A DNA stretch of 58,701 nucleotides from Chiloscyllium plagiosum (lineage: Eukaryota): assembly GCF_004010195.1 (NCBI RefSeq), contig NC_057719.1, positions 32,775,948 to 32,834,648 on the forward strand, given 5' to 3'. The notes under the pieces were generated by a model. That model saw nothing but the letters and a program-made list of their open reading frames with translations, made no database searches and was not told the origin of the DNA. Shown here piece by piece: positions 1 through 12,829 of the stretch (position 1 is the stretch's first letter; each line of letters begins with the position of its first letter). The position numbers and the translations under genes are program-made.

Positions 1-570
1 TTTTACAGGCTCACCTTACATTTGCTGGAGTTTAGAATAGTCAGAATTAACTTGATGGAAACGTCTAAGTTTCTCTCAGGAATTTACAGGGTGGATGTGG
101 AGATGAAGTACCCTCTTATGGAATAATTTAGAACCAGTGGTCAGAGTTTAAAAATAAAAGATGTCCACTTAGAACAGAGATTAGGTAAATATGCTCTTCT
201 TAATGGGTCATGAGTCATTGGAACTCTCTTATTGAAAATGTTGCAGAAACTACATATGTTTGAATATTTTTAAGACGGACGTGGATAGATTCCTGAGGAC
301 TACAGATGCTGGAAGAGCACAGCAGGTTAGGCAGCATCCAAGGAGCAGGAGAGTCGATGCTGATAAAGTGCTTATGCCCGAAACGTTGACTGTCCTGCTT
401 CTTGGATGCTGCCTAACCTGCTGTGGATAGATTCCTGGTGAGCAGGGAAATGAAAGGTCATCAGAGGTAAGCAGAAATGTGGAGCTAATGTAACAATTAT
501 TATTGAATGCTGGAGTAGAATTGAGGAGCAAAATGGCCTAATCCTGCTCCTTTCTTGTATGTTAGAAAGC
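1..570 (+). mobile_element. CR1-type LINE 3' end, degenerate, interrupted by a PLE insertion
   Basis: Degenerate ORF2 C-terminal region (ctggagtttagaa..., ggaactctctt) and 3' UTR motif aatggcctaatcctgctcct. Confidence 0.75.
296..422. mobile_element. Penelope-like terminal repeat (family A), head-to-head palindrome
   Basis: Inverted arms cagcaggttaggcagcatccaagg / cttggatgctgcctaacctgctg; 15-bp TSD gtggatagattcctg at 281-295 and 423-437. Confidence 0.85.
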
Positions 571-1069
571 ATTGAGTTGAATAAGTATTAATAAGGATTG
601 CTTTCAAAAAAATGTCTAGCGTTGATTTCAGCGATTATTTTCGAGGTGCCTGTTAAAAAACATCGTGAGGATTTTTGGAAAGGGAGAGAAAGAAACAGCA
701 ATGTCTGCAAGTTGACAGTTAATGCATTGCAATAAAGGAGGAACATCATACTCAAGAGCCATACAGCTACATGGGAACCACAAGCATTCAGCTCCTTCAC
801 TTGGATAAATGATACAGTAGTGAAAGTGACTACTACACCTGAGAATGTCACAGAGCCTGAAATCCATCTGAAGGAAATAGATGCACAAAGTCCAATGATC
901 TTGGTCTCTGTGGTAGCTTGAGTAAGGATGATATCTCATTCTGGATGAAGAAAGATTCCTCATGTTGTCAAGATTTTAATGACACATTTGAGAAATCAAT
1001 GCAGTCATTCAGAAACCAAGTTAAATTTCATTCAAAAAAATTCCTTTAAGTTCCCCCCAAAACCAATCT

Positions 1070-1270
1070 CCACCTTGACTTGAAAATATATCACTGTTCC
1101 TTCACTGTCGCTGAGCCAAAATCCAGCAATTCCCTCCCTAATGACATTGTGGGTCAACCCACAGCAGGCGGTTCAAGAAGGCAGCTCACCACCACCTTCT
1201 CAAGGGCAACTAGGGATGGGCAGTAAATACTGGCCAGCCAGTGATGCCCACATCCTACAAATGAGTTAAA
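1070..1270 (+). mobile_element. LINE 3' end whose tail is shared with the SINE at 2660-2985
   Basis: Tail gggcaactagggatgggcagtaaatactggccagccagtgatgcccacatcc; same family as 34865-35360. Confidence 0.65.
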
Positions 1271-1479
1271 ACATTAACAATGAAAAATACAATCAGACTG
1301 CCTAATTTGTTATACTCACTGTTTTGTCTGAAAATTCTTTTCAACCTCATTGACTACACTGGCTAATGATGGATTTAATGACTGGTGAAACCCTGTTGTA
1401 AGTCACTCATTGAGTAGGCCATCACTATCATAAACAGTAATGATCCCAAGGAGATGGTGCATGGGAATGACTGAGTCTC

Positions 1480-1815
1480 ATCTATAAAGGGGACGGCATG
1501 CTGAATAGTATGTGGATGAGTGTGTGTGGTGCTATTAAAAGCATAAAAGAGCTCTTAAGGTATTCTGACCCCTTTTGTTCAGTCGCAGAAGGCAAGTGTA
1601 TACGCAGTCAAGCGGAGCTCTGTTGAATTATCCTTTGGCTGATAGAGGGTGGGAATGCTATAGACCTTGCAAAGTGCCTGTGGCATCTTGTTGTTGAAGT
1701 TGCACCCCTGTTCACCATTAATCTGACATGGAACACCAAATGGTCATATCAATTACACACCATCATATTGGTTACAGTTGAAGCCTTTTTGGTCACAGAT
1801 GGCAATGGCCACTTC
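1480..1815 (-). mobile_element. Gypsy/Ty3 integrase relic
   Basis: Minus strand reads, across frameshifts and stops, approximately AIAICDQKASTV...FGVPCQINGEQGCNFNNKMPQALCKVYSI..YQPKDN...YAFNSTTH. This resembles the Gypsy integrase core (FGVP..IHSDQG.NFES......LC...GI......YHPQGN...AYNST.H). Confidence 0.7.
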
Positions 1816-2294
1816 TTAGCTAATTATTTGAGAACATCCTCCAAAGATCATGAAACGCGTGCTTTAAATTTTATGCCTGCTTGTATTGTTGTTTCTTTTG
1901 GGTAAATACTGATTTTTGACATTGCTTTTCTGTTGCTCCAGATTAAAAGTTTGGATATAAGCTAATTTAAAAAATCATAAAGTATTTTCATTTGTAAGCA
2001 CTTCCTATTTTAAATAGGTTTATTGCAAGATAGATGTTTTAAATAGATATTTTCTGTTGTTTATTTGCCTGTGTGCAAATGCAAAGTTTTGATATTTCTA
2101 TTTTTATTGTTTTTACTGTTAGAATAATACACTTCTTTTGACAACATTATATGGCCTCTCAAGCTTGGCATAGCTTAACCAAATTAACAATAAATGTTTC
2201 GAGGTGAGAAGGTCTAAAGAAAATCCCTTTCGAGGAAACTACTGTGGTTGCATAGGCTGCCATTGTTACTTGTATTGGCTCCAATGTCCATGTC

Positions 2295-2489
2295 GAAAAG
2301 TGTGGCGCTGCAAAAGCACAGCAGGTCAGGTAGTATCTGAGGAGCAAGAGAATCAAAGTTTCGGGCATAGGCCCTTGTTTGCTGATGAAGGGCTTATGTC
2401 CGAAATATTGATTCTCCTGCTTCTCAGATGCTGCCTGACCTGCTATGCTTTTCCAGTGCAACACATTTTGATTCTGATCTGCTCACTTT
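2295..2489. mobile_element. Penelope-like terminal repeat (family A), head-to-head palindrome
   Basis: Inverted arms; 16-bp TSD ctccaatgtccatgtc at 2279-2294 and 2490-2505; degenerate hammerhead core ctgatgaagggcttatgtccgaaa near 2382-2405. Confidence 0.88.
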
Positions 2490-2659
2490 CTCCAATGTCC
2501 ATGTCCTTCTCTGCACATCCTGCCACAAAGAGACTATTTGGGCCTTAACGAAGCAAGACTCCTGCCAGCCCACAGTCAATTCAAACCACAATCTGCTTTC
2601 TATTTACTACTGAGTAACTTTGTCTGTGGTCGGGGTGGAGACGGTCAATGATACTATTT

Positions 2660-2985
2660 CTAGACAATTAACCTAGAGACCCAGGTAATGTTCTGTGGAC
2701 CCAGGTTTGAATGCTGGCAAATGGTGGAATTTGAATTCAATAAATATCTGGAATGAGGAGTCTAATGATGACCATTTGCAGACCATTTTGCATCAGCAAA
2801 GCCCATCTGATTCATTAATGTTCTTTAGGGAAGGAAACTGCCGTCCTTGATTTGGTCTGGCGTACCCATGACTCCAGACCTGCAGCAATGTGGTTGACAC
2901 TTAACTGCCATCAGGGCAATTAGGGATGGGTAATAAATGCTGTCCTATCCAACATTGCCCACAACATATGAGGGAATAAAAAAAA
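2660..2985 (+). mobile_element. SINE with MER131-like core and A-rich tail
   Basis: Core ttagggaaggaaactgccgtcctt...actccagacc..cagcaatgtggttgac and tail gggcaattagggatgggtaataaatgc...aataaaaaaaa. The family name is from recall, not a search. Confidence 0.65.
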
Positions 2986-4375
2986 AGAGTAGCATCAGGG
3001 AGCCCCACGAACCCAATCCAACTCGGCTACTTTACCAATTCCTCCTTCTGCTTTTCTGACATTGGTGGCCAGAAACGTTCAGTCCATTTAATCCTAATTC
3101 TCTTTCCACACATATTGCCAAGTATTTCCAGCATTTTCTGTTTTGTTTGCAGATTTCCAGCATCTGCAACTTTTGGCACCATGGACCAATAGAGAGGTTG
3201 AGTGATTTGCTGGTTGTAAATAGGATCCTAATTCATTTGGAACACTGTGCCGATTATCAACATTCCCATACCAACTTGAGAGTTCCTGCTGACTGTTCTC
3301 CAAAAAGTCAGAGCACTTTGCTAAATTGCATCTGATGCAACACAGTTTGTCTTTATGCAAATCAGAGAATGGTGACATTCTATCACAAGTGTCACCACTG
3401 CAGAATCAATCTGAAATTTTCAATGGTTCTGCTTGGGGCAACTTACTGTGTATCAAAACTTTGCAGCTTGTCACAATCCCCAGCTAAAAGAATGCTTTGA
3501 AAAGTAAAATGTTCTTAGAGTATAATGTTGCTTAATCAACAAAAAGGTTGCCCCTCAGATCCCTTTTAAATCTTTCTCCTCTCACTTTAAAAATATGTCC
3601 CCCAGATTTGAACTCACCTACCCTTTGCTATTCATCTTATTTATGCCCCTCATGATTTTATAAACGTTTATAAAGTCATCCCTCAACCTCCTACACTCTA
3701 GAGAAAAACACCCCAACCTATCCAGCCTCTCCTTGTAACTCAAACCTTCCAGAAATATTTTCTGGTAAATATTTTCTGAATCCTCTCCAACTTAGTAATA
3801 TCCTTCCTGTAACAGGGTGAGCAGAACTGTACCCAGTACTCCAAAACTGGCCTCACCAATGTTCTTTACAACCTCAATATGACATCCCAACTCCTATACT
3901 CAACGGTCTGAGCAATGAAGGCAAGTCTGATCAATGCTTTCTTAACCACTCTGTTTACCTGTTATACAACTTCCAAAGAACTGTGTATCTAAACCCTCAG
4001 GTCTCTATGTTCGACAACATTACCCAGGGCCTTACCATTACCTGGATAAGTCCTGATCTTGCTTGTTTTACCAAAATGTAATATCTCGCATTTATACAAA
4101 TTAAACTCTATCTGCCACTGCTCAGCCCATTGATCCAATTGATCAAGATCCCTTTGTAACCTTAGATAACCTTTTTCACTGTCGACTATAGCACCAATTT
4201 TCGTGACATCCACAAACTTACTAACAATGCTCCTAACTTCTCATCAAAATTATTTATATAAATGACAAACAAAAGTAGACCCATCACTGATTCCAGTCCG
4301 AAAGCATCTCACTTTCCATTCCGAAAACCAACCCTCCACCAACATCCTGTCTCCTACCGTCAAGCTACTTTTACT

Positions 4376-4530
4376 ATAAATTCTGTGCCCTATGATCCTG
4401 CCCTACTAGCTACCTGATGAAGGAGCAGTGCTCTGAAAGCTTGTACGTCCAAATAAACCATTTGGATTATAACCTGGGGCTGTCTGATTTTTAACTTTGC
4501 TTACCCTAGTCCAACACTAGCACTTTCAAA
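4376..4530 (+). mobile_element. Penelope-like terminal repeat (family B) nested in CR1
   Basis: tacctgatgaaggagcagtgctctgaaagcttgta...aataaacc...ttggattataacctgg; homologous to copies at 12617, 15880 and 27098. Confidence 0.75.
4411..4445 (+). ncRNA. Minimal hammerhead ribozyme motif (family B)
   Basis: UAC-CUGAUGA-A-GGAGC-AGU-GCUCU-GAAA-GC-UU-GUA; stem I UAC/GUA, 5-bp stem II. Confidence 0.65.
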
Positions 4531-5446
4531 CGATAATCAATCCTTGCCTCTCCAAATGCATGGAAATCCCATCTCTGAGAATTCCGTCCAACAACTTACT
4601 CATCACTGAAGTTCGGTTCACATGTCATTACAGCCTTCTTTAAATAAAAGCACAACATTAGCCACCCTCCATTCCTTCAGCACCTCAACTGGGGCTGTAG
4701 ATCATATAAGTATCTCTGCTAGGGGCCCCACAAATTCTTCCTTAACTTCCCACAATGTTCTGGGATACATTTGATCAGGTCCCTCTGATTTATGCACCTT
4801 CACATTTTTAGGACCTCCAGCACTTCCTCTTCTGACACGTGGACTGTTGTCAAGACATTAATATTTACTTCCCCAAGTTCCCTAGCCTCTATTTCTTTCT
4901 CCACATTAAAAACTGGCATGGAGTATGAGTTTAACATGTCTCCCATCACCTGTGGTTCCACCCATAAACAAGCTCATTGATCTTTAAAGGGCCCTATGCC
5001 CTTGCTCTTAATCTACTTGTAGAATCTCTTTGGATTATCTTTAACCTATCCACCAAGGCTATCTCAAATTTACTTTTTGCCCTCCTGATTTCCCTTTTAA
5101 GAAAATGCCCCTATCCCTCATACTCTTCAAGAAATTCATTTGATTTGAGTTTTTTTATTCCTTATATATGACTTCGAATTATCCTTGACCAGAGCTTCAA
5201 TATATTTATTCATCTGTTGTTCCATATTCTTACCAGCCTTACCCTTAACTTTAACTGGAACATAATTCCTCTGAACGCTTGTTATCTCACTTTTGGAAAG
5301 CATCTCGCTTGCCAGTCATCCCTTTTACCTGCGAACAGACTACTCAGATCAACTTTTGAAAGTTCCTGTCTCATACTGTCAAAATTTGCCTCAATCCCAT
5401 TTAGAACTTTAACTTTTATACAAGGTCCATCCTTTTCCATAACCAT

Positions 5447-7040
5447 GGGGTCAGTGATCATAATTCTGCTAGTTTTAAGATAGTTTTGGAAAACGATAGA
5501 CCTGATCTCAAGGTTAAAGTTTAAACTGGAGTGAGGTAAATTTTGACAGTATTAGGCAATAACTTTCAAAAGTTGATTGGGAAAGACTATTCGCAGGTAA
5601 AGGGATGGTTGGAAAGTGGGAGGCCTCCAAAAATGAGATAATGAGAGTCCAGAGGAAGTATGCTCCTGTTAGGTTAAAGGGCAAGACTGGTAGGTGTAGG
5701 CAATGCTATGACTAGAAATTGAGGCTCTGGTCAAGAAAAGGAATATGGCAGAGATAGCCTTGGTGGATAAGATTAAGGATAATCCAAAGAGATTCTACAA
5801 ATATATTCAGAGCAAAAGAACAACTAGGGAGAGATATACTTAAGGAGGAAATCAGGAAGGCAGAAAGGAGACATGAGATAGCTTTGGCAAATAGGGTTAA
5901 GGAGAATGCAAAGAGATTCTGCAACGACATTAAGGGCAAAAGAGTAACCAGAGAGAGAACAGGGCCCTTAAAGATTAACAAGGTGATCTCTGTGTGGAAC
6001 TGCAGGAGATGGAGGAGATACTAAATGAGCATTTCACATCAACATTTACTGTGAAGAAGGATATGGAAGCTAGAGAACTTGAAGAAATAAATAGTGATGT
6101 CTGGAAAAAGATCCGTATTACAGAGGAGGAAGTGTTGGACATCTTAAAATGGATAAAAGTGGATAAATTCCTGAGACCTGATCACGTGTATCCTAGAGCT
6201 TTGTGGGAAGCTGGGAAAGTGATTGCTTGGCTCTTTACTAAGATATTTGTTTCATTGGTAGCCGCTGGTAAGGTATCGGAAGACTGGAGGGTGGCTAATA
6301 TAGACCCATTATTAAAGAGAGACGGTAAGGGTCCTAGGGAACAGAGCAGGGTGCAGGCTCATAGCTCATTGAAGGGGGAGATGCAGGTAGATAGGGTAGT
6401 GAAGAAGCATTTGGTACACTTGCCTTTATTGATCAGTGCATTGAGTATTGGAGTTGGGATGTCAAGTTGTGCTGTACAGGATATTAGTTAGGGCACCATA
6501 GGAAAACTGCAAGTAATCTTAGTCTCCCTGTTATAGAAAAGATTTTGTTAAACTTGAAAGGGTCCAGAAAAGATTTACCAGGATATTGTCAGGGTTAAAG
6601 GGTTTGGGTTATCGGGAGAGGCTGAATAGCCTGGGGCTTTTTCCCCTGGAGTGTCAGAGGCTGAGGAGTGACCTTATAAAGGTCTATAAAATTGCGAGCA
6701 GCATGGATAGGTGAATAGCCAAAGTCTTTTTCCCAGGGTAGAGGAGTCCAAAACTACAGGACATAGTTTAAGTTGAGATTTAAAAGTGATTTAAGGGTAA
6801 AGTTTTTCATGCAGAGAATGGCGCATATATGGAATGAGCTGCCAGAGTAAGTGGTGGAGGCTGATACAACTGCAACATTTAAAAGGCATCTGCATGGGTA
6901 CATGAATAGCAAGGATTTAGAGGGATATGGGCCAAATGCAGGCAAATGACACAAGCCTTATTTAGGATAACTGGTCAGCTTGGATAAGTTGGACTGAAGT
7001 GTTTGTTTCCGTGCTGTACATTTCTATGAGTCTATGGCTC
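5447..7040 (+). mobile_element. CR1-type LINE, 5'-truncated and internally deleted, with 3' end
   Basis: ORF 5994-6491 EEEVLDILKWIKVDKFLRPDHVYPRALWEA...EDWRVANI; 3' end gtttccgtgctgtacatttctatgagtctatg. Confidence 0.85.
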
Positions 7041-7043
7041 TGT

Positions 7044-7790
7044 GTTCCTTCTCTAGTGGATACACCTACATATTGATAAAGAAAATTTTCTTGAACATAT
7101 TTAACAAATTCCTCAACATCCAAGCGCTTAACACCATTGTAGCCCCAGTTTATGTTTGGAAAGTTAAAATCCCCTAATGTTACAACTATATTATTCTGAC
7201 ATACATCTGAGATCTTTCCACACATTTTTTCCTCAATTTCCCTCTTACTATTGGGGGGCCTATAGTACAATCCCTTCAAGGTGATCATCCCCTCCTTATT
7301 TCTGACTTCCACCCATATAGCTTCACTGGATGATCCCTTAGAAATATCCCCTCTAAGTACAGCAGTAGTGTTTGCCTTTATCAAAAATGCCACTCCCCCT
7401 CCTCTCTTGCCTCACTTTCTGTGCTTCCTAAAGCAACTACACCCCAGAACATTGAACTGCCAGTCCTGTCCATTTCTCAGCCAAGTTTCAATAATAGCTA
7501 TCGTGTCCTAGCCCCATGATCCTATACATTCCCTGAGTTCATCTTTATTACCTGTAAGATGTCTTGCTTTGAAATAAATGCATTTTAATTCTTCAGAGTT
7601 ATTTTGTTCACTGACTTACTTTTACCTGCTTTTTCTAACCAACATGCTCTTTTTAAATTCAGAACCATCCTCATTGCTATTCTCACAACTAATGAGGGTT
7701 CTCCCATCCCTATCTCTACTAGTTTAAAGGCTCCCAAATAGCACTAACAAATCTCCAGGATGTTGGTCCCCTCCAGTTCTGATGAAACCA
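7044..7790 (-). mobile_element. CR1-type LINE APE endonuclease region
   Basis: ORF 6962-7393 EAIWVEVRNKEG..YYRPPNS...LGDFNFPNINW. Confidence 0.85.
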
Positions 7791-8658
7791 TTTTCCTCTA
7801 TTCCGTTCATCACTCCCTCCTCTGTCCTGTTTCTTAATCTCTTTCTCCCACTTTCCAAGCCTCTGTCCCTCATTTCATCGCTTTATGCATTCTTTCTCAA
7901 ATCTCATCTACCTGCCTCGACTCCATCCCTCCACATTTCACCATCTGTGGATCATTCCTTCTGATCCCAAAGACTTCCAATTCTTTTCGTCAAGCCTGTC
8001 GATCACTAATTCTCCTCCTTTGGTTCACTATGGTCTTCCCTTCTCTACTCCCTCCCCACTCACTCTCTGCTTCCTCAATTCACTCTCTCACCAGCCTACC
8101 TGTACCATTCCACTCTCACATTACCCTCCATCCTACTCATATCCCAATCCTTGCAGTGCTGCTTCAGCCTTGAATCAATTACTAGCCCTCCTTGAACTGA
8201 AGACATCACTTTCCTAACTCTCTCGGCCCAAACCCCAGAGAGACTGACAAATTATACATTATACAATAATATAAAATGTTGCTTTCCAAATGTTGCATAC
8301 AAAATACTTTAAAAAGACAATTTAGATCAATAAACAGATATATTTAGCAATTGTTCTTTTCATTTACTGATACTACCACACTTCAAGGTAATATTCCTGT
8401 GTCCAAAATGTATTGTAAGTGAATACTTCCTATTGGATTCAATGTAAATAGTGCAAGAATACACATTATTATCCTGCTACTTTTAATATTATCTATCCTT
8501 TAATTTATGTCAATTGTTTCCTGTTAGCCATATTATTTTGATCACTTTTCTTCTGCATTCTATTGATCCTTTACCAAAGAGGTAAATGTTAAACTGAAGA
8601 TGCTGTTAAACATGTTTTAATTCAAACAGATGCACAAATTTCTTTTGCTCACACATAC

Positions 8659-8817
8659 CTATGTGCTTTCCATACATGTTATAGTAGAAGCTGACGCAGT
8701 AAGCACTGTTAATGGAACCATATGGATTTTTAGGCAGTGTGCTGAAAATAGGACTTAGGAGTCGAGCCTTTTCACCTTCTGTTCGAGGGCGGGAAGTCTC
8801 TATATACATGTAGAAAC
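8659..8817 (-). CDS. MDGA2: Internal coding exon (159 bp, phase 1/1) of MAM domain-containing GPI-anchored protein 2, MAM domain segment
   Basis: Translates to (G)[52 protein letters not shown](G). From recall this closely matches vertebrate MDGA2 ([34 protein letters not shown]...YCFSFFYHMYGQHIG); the PKNPYG insert distinguishes it from MDGA1. Minus-strand acceptor tttacag|G (AG at 8819-8818) and donor G|gtatgt (GT at 8658-8657); length is divisible by 3. Confidence 0.93.
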
Positions 8818-8992
8818 CTGTAAACATCAAAAAAAGTAATTTAGCTAAATTTGTACAACAAACATTCAAGTGTCTCCAATTCACTTCAAATTATATTTAC
8901 ATGAAACTATATAAAGTGTCAATCAGAACAACACTTGAAATTAAACATGGAACATATAACAGTACAGCAGAAAAACAGGTCCTTTGGCCCTG

Positions 8993-9090
8993 TATTCCTG
9001 ATGAAGGGCTTTTGCCCGAAACGTCGATTTTACTTACCTTGGATGCTGCCTGAACTGCTGTGCTTTTCCAGCACCTCTCTAATCTTGACC
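8993..9090 (+). mobile_element. Penelope-like terminal repeat (family A), single arm
   Basis: ttcctgatgaagggcttttgcccgaaacgtcgatt...ggatgctgcctgaactgctgtgcttttccagca. Confidence 0.8.
8996..9027 (+). ncRNA. Minimal hammerhead ribozyme motif (family A), intact core
   Basis: UC-CUGAUGA-A-GGGC-UUUU-GCCC-GAAA-CG-UC-GA; predicted cleavage after 9025. Confidence 0.72.
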
Positions 9091-10230
9091 CCACCATGTC
9101 TGTGCCAACCATGAGGCCATTCTAAACTAATCCGAATTGCCTGGATATGGTGCTTATCACTCCAGTCTTTACCTTATTCATGTGTCTGTCTAAATGCTTC
9201 TTAAACATTGATATATGTTTCTAACACCTCCTATTTCTAACACCTCCTCAGGCAGCACATTCCATGCACTTACCACACTATGTGTAAAGACATTGCCTCA
9301 TGTATCTCTTTTAACTTTTCCCCTTTCACCTTAAACCGAAGCCCCCTACAATTTGCCATTTCCACCCTGGGAAAAAGACTCCAACTATCCACACTATCCA
9401 TGGTTCTCATCAATTTTATATACTATTATCAGGTCACTCCCTCAGTCTTCAATGCTCAAACAAAAATAATCCAAGTTTATTCAACTTCTCCTTATCATTA
9501 ATACACTCCAAAGCAGACAACATCCTGGTAAAACCCTTTTGCACCCTCTTCAAAGTTTCCACATGCTTTCTATAGTGTGTTAACCAGAACTGCACTCTCC
9601 AAATATGGTCTAACTAAAGTTTTATATAGCTGCAACATGACTTGCCAACTTTCACACTCAGTGCCCTGACTGACGAAGGTAAGCATGCCACACACTTTCT
9701 TTACAACCATATCCATTTGTATGATCACTTTTAGGGAGATATGGGCTTGCACCCAAGATCTCTCTGCATACCAATGCTCATGAGAGTACTGCCTTTTACT
9801 GTATACTTTTCACTTGCTTTCAACCTCCCAAAATGCAGCATCTAACACTTGCCTGGATTAAACTCCATTTGCCATTTCCCCACCCAACTTTCCAACTGAT
9901 CTCTGTTATATGGTATTCTTTGACAATCTTCCTCATTATCCACAACTCCACCATTTTTTGTGTCATCTGCAAATTACTAAGAAGACCACCTACATTACAA
10001 ACAACAAAGGTCCCAGCACTGATCGTTGTGGAACATCTCTGGTCACAGACTGCTAGTGAGAAAAACACCTCTCCACAACAACCCACTTGCAGTCACAGAA
10101 ACACTCATTTGTGAATATAGAGTCCCTTATCATTATCACTAAACTACACTTTGACCCTCCCTACTGTACAACAGTGCCAATTGCGGTACCATCAGCTAAT
10201 TGATTCCTTCTCAAGGAAGTTGGTCTCTTA

Positions 10231-10445
10231 GAGCTAATGTCACTGGATTAGTAATCCAGGCTCGTGCTCTGGGGACATAAATTTACATCTCTCCAAAGCA
10301 GTTGGTAGAATATAAATTCAATTCATACATCTGAAATTGAAAGCTAGCCTAATGATGACCATGAATCATAAAAGCTCATCTGATAAATTAACATCCTGTA
10401 GGAAAGGAAACCCAGCCCACATTTGACTCTATACCCACAGCATGG
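10231..10445 (+). mobile_element. Degenerate SINE, same family as 2660-2985
   Basis: aatgtcactggattagtaatccagg...ctaatgatgaccat...gactctatacccacagca. Confidence 0.55.
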
Positions 10446-11269
10446 GCAAAGAGAAGCATTGCATGTGGCAAGGATTCAGAATATATTCTGGGTGGGGTGG
10501 TGAGGACCTTCACTGCTCATCATCAAGAGCACCTTGGTAACAGCACCACTTGCTATGATTCTGTAATTTTCTACATATGTCAGTCCACATAACATATACT
10601 ATGATGGCTGGGTTCTGTTGAGTCAGACACCATGAAATTTATTTACAAAATGCACTGATGACAAGACTATAATATCACAGATGTAGATGCAAAGTCAGTT
10701 TTAATGTCCATAACTGACTACATGCACAGAGTGATTGAAGGCAAGGCAGTTTTTTTTTTAATATTAGAACATCACACATTGTGATGGCATGTGACTATCT
10801 TAAATGTATAGGCCTGTCTGGCCTAGAATCTGTGCCATCGAAAAATATCCTCCGTTTTTCCTTTAAAGAATGGGACCCTTGTTCTGATAAAACAGGTACA
10901 AAGATTACACCCAGATATATTGTCTCTGTAAATTCAGATAACACTTTGCGGACATTCAGCACAATCAGATTTAGTTCTTATACAGTTGTTATGACTTGTT
11001 AGTGATGCTTCAATACTCTGTGCTTTGCTGTCATCACAGATGGATGTGTGTCATTTATCATAGGTGTATGGTTGTTGTCTGGCATGATATCTTCAGTATC
11101 ATCCTGTGTGATGGATAGTTAGTGATGTGCAGTCCAGATGTATCATCTATTTCTTTACAGGACTGACTACTGTCATTGTAGGTGTACTGGACTCAACAAT
11201 GTTGTACTTTGCCATGGTGATGCTTTGACATGGCTGAAGTTGGGATTGCTGCCTGTTTGCTCATTGATC

Positions 11270-11400
11270 AAAGATCATTACTGGAATGTTTATTGTTTGT
11301 AATATATGTATATGTGATTTGGATGAAAATGTAGGTGGTCAGATTAGTAAGTTTGCAGATGACACAAAAATTAGTGGAGTTGTGGGTCCTGGGGATCTGA
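11270..11400 (+). mobile_element. Short CR1 RT fragment
   Basis: [25 protein letters not shown]. Confidence 0.75.
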
Positions 11401-11496
11401 AACAAACAAAAACCAAAATTGCTGAAGAAACTCAGCAGGTCTGGCAACTTCTTTCCAACAATTGGGTAGTAAGAATACAAGAGGGATCGAAAAATA

Positions 11497-11690
11497 CCAA
11501 AAGAACTGCAGATGCTGGGAATTAGAAACAAAGATAGAAATTGCTGGAAAAGCTCAACAGGTCTGGCAGCATCTGTGCAGACAAATCTTCCATTCTGAAG
11601 AAGGGTGACAGGACCTGAAACTTTAATTCTGATCTCTCTCCAAAGATGCTGCCAGACCTGCTGAACTTTTCTAGCAATTTCTGCTTTTGT
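11497..11690. mobile_element. Older palindromic PLE-terminal (MER6-like) element
   Basis: Arms caggtctggcagcatct / agatgctgccagacctg around a degenerate core ctgaagaagggtgacaggacctgaaac. Confidence 0.65.
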
Positions 11691-11894
11691 ACTATTGGAT
11701 CAATCTTCCAACATGCGAGTTGCCAGTGAGGGTTTACTATAGCCTAAAGGAGTATCATAGAGATCTAACAAAGCTTTTTAAAAATCTTGGCAAATCACTT
11801 TATGTTTAATGATCATGGATTTTTCAGTATGAATGGTGTATTCTGCAAGACTACTTGTTTAGGAAATGAGGTAATGTGTTGAACATCACATTTA

Positions 11895-12475
11895 GAATCA
11901 TTGAGTCATAGAGCTGTACAGCACAGAAGCAGAACCTTTAGTCTAACTCATCCGTGGCGATTAGATATCCTATAAATACGTAGTCCCATTTGCCAGCATT
12001 TGGCCCATATTCCTCTAAACCCGTTCTACTCATGTACGCATCCAAATGCCTTTTAAATGTTACAATTGTGCCAGTCTCCACCACTTCCTCTGGCAGCTCA
12101 TTCTATACATGCAGTACCCTCTGCGTGAAAAAGTTACCCCTCAGGTCCCTTTTAAATCTTTTCCCTTTCACCTTTAATCTATGCCCTCTACTTTTGGATG
12201 CCCCTACCCTGCAAAAAAGAACTTGACGATTCACCCTATGCATGCCCCTCATAATTTTAGAAACCTCTTTAACGTCATCCCCATAAGGCCTCTGATGTTC
12301 TAGGAAAAAAAAAATCCCAGTCTATTCAGCTTCTCTGTTTAATTCAGACCCTCCAATCCTGGCAACATCTTTGTAAATCTTTTCTGAACACTTTCAAGTT
12401 CAACAACATCTTTCCTATTGCAGGGAGACCAGAATTGAATGCAATATTCTAAAAGTGGCCTCACCAATGTTTTTT
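11895..12475 (-). mobile_element. CR1-type LINE 3' end
   Basis: Reverse-complement tail gagtcatagagctgtacagcacagaa followed by typical CR1 3' sequence. Confidence 0.8.
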
Positions 12476-12616
12476 GCAGAAATCTTGGAAGAATGGATTA
12501 ATGTACAGTTGACCATTGTGAGAAATTATTTGTCAAGGTACCACTGAGCAAACTGAATATGGTGGTCAATGTTCCAATACATGAATGCACTCATGTCTTA
12601 CATGATCTTATGTGAT

Positions 12617-12731
12617 GTCTTACAATCTTATACTCCACAACCACCTGATAAAGGAGCAGCGCTCCGAAAGCTAGTACTTCCAAATATAAACCTGTTGAAC
12701 TATAACCTGGTGTTGTGAGATTTTTAACTTG
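12617..12731 (+). mobile_element. Penelope-like terminal repeat (family B)
   Basis: ccacctgataaaggagcagcgctccgaaagctagtac...aaacctgttgaactataacctggtgttgtgagatttttaac; hammerhead G8 is mutated. Confidence 0.75.
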
Positions 12732-12829
12732 ATGCATTTATGGTATTTTTGAAGTATTGCACACAAGAAAACTTGGCAATATAGTCAGCCGCCAGATCTT
12801 AATGAAATTCTGGCCATAGATAATACCAG

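Larger units (their letters stand above)
3543..5445 (-). mobile_element. CR1-type LINE ORF2 fragment (RT region), degenerate
   Basis: ORF 3989-4213 DVTKIGAIVDSEKGYLRLQRDLDQLDQWAEQWQIEFN..KCEILHFG; continues as the EN segment at 7044-7790. Confidence 0.85.
8945..10090 (-). mobile_element. CR1-type LINE 3' portion
   Basis: agtaatttgcagatgacac (FADDT) near 9960-9980; VMLQLYKTLVRPYLE in ORF 9570-9752. Confidence 0.8.

Noticed and set aside
11085..11125. Minus-strand TQDDT matching the expected upstream MDGA2 exon
   Set aside because: There is an in-frame stop just upstream, and no NFDW or CGFE context.
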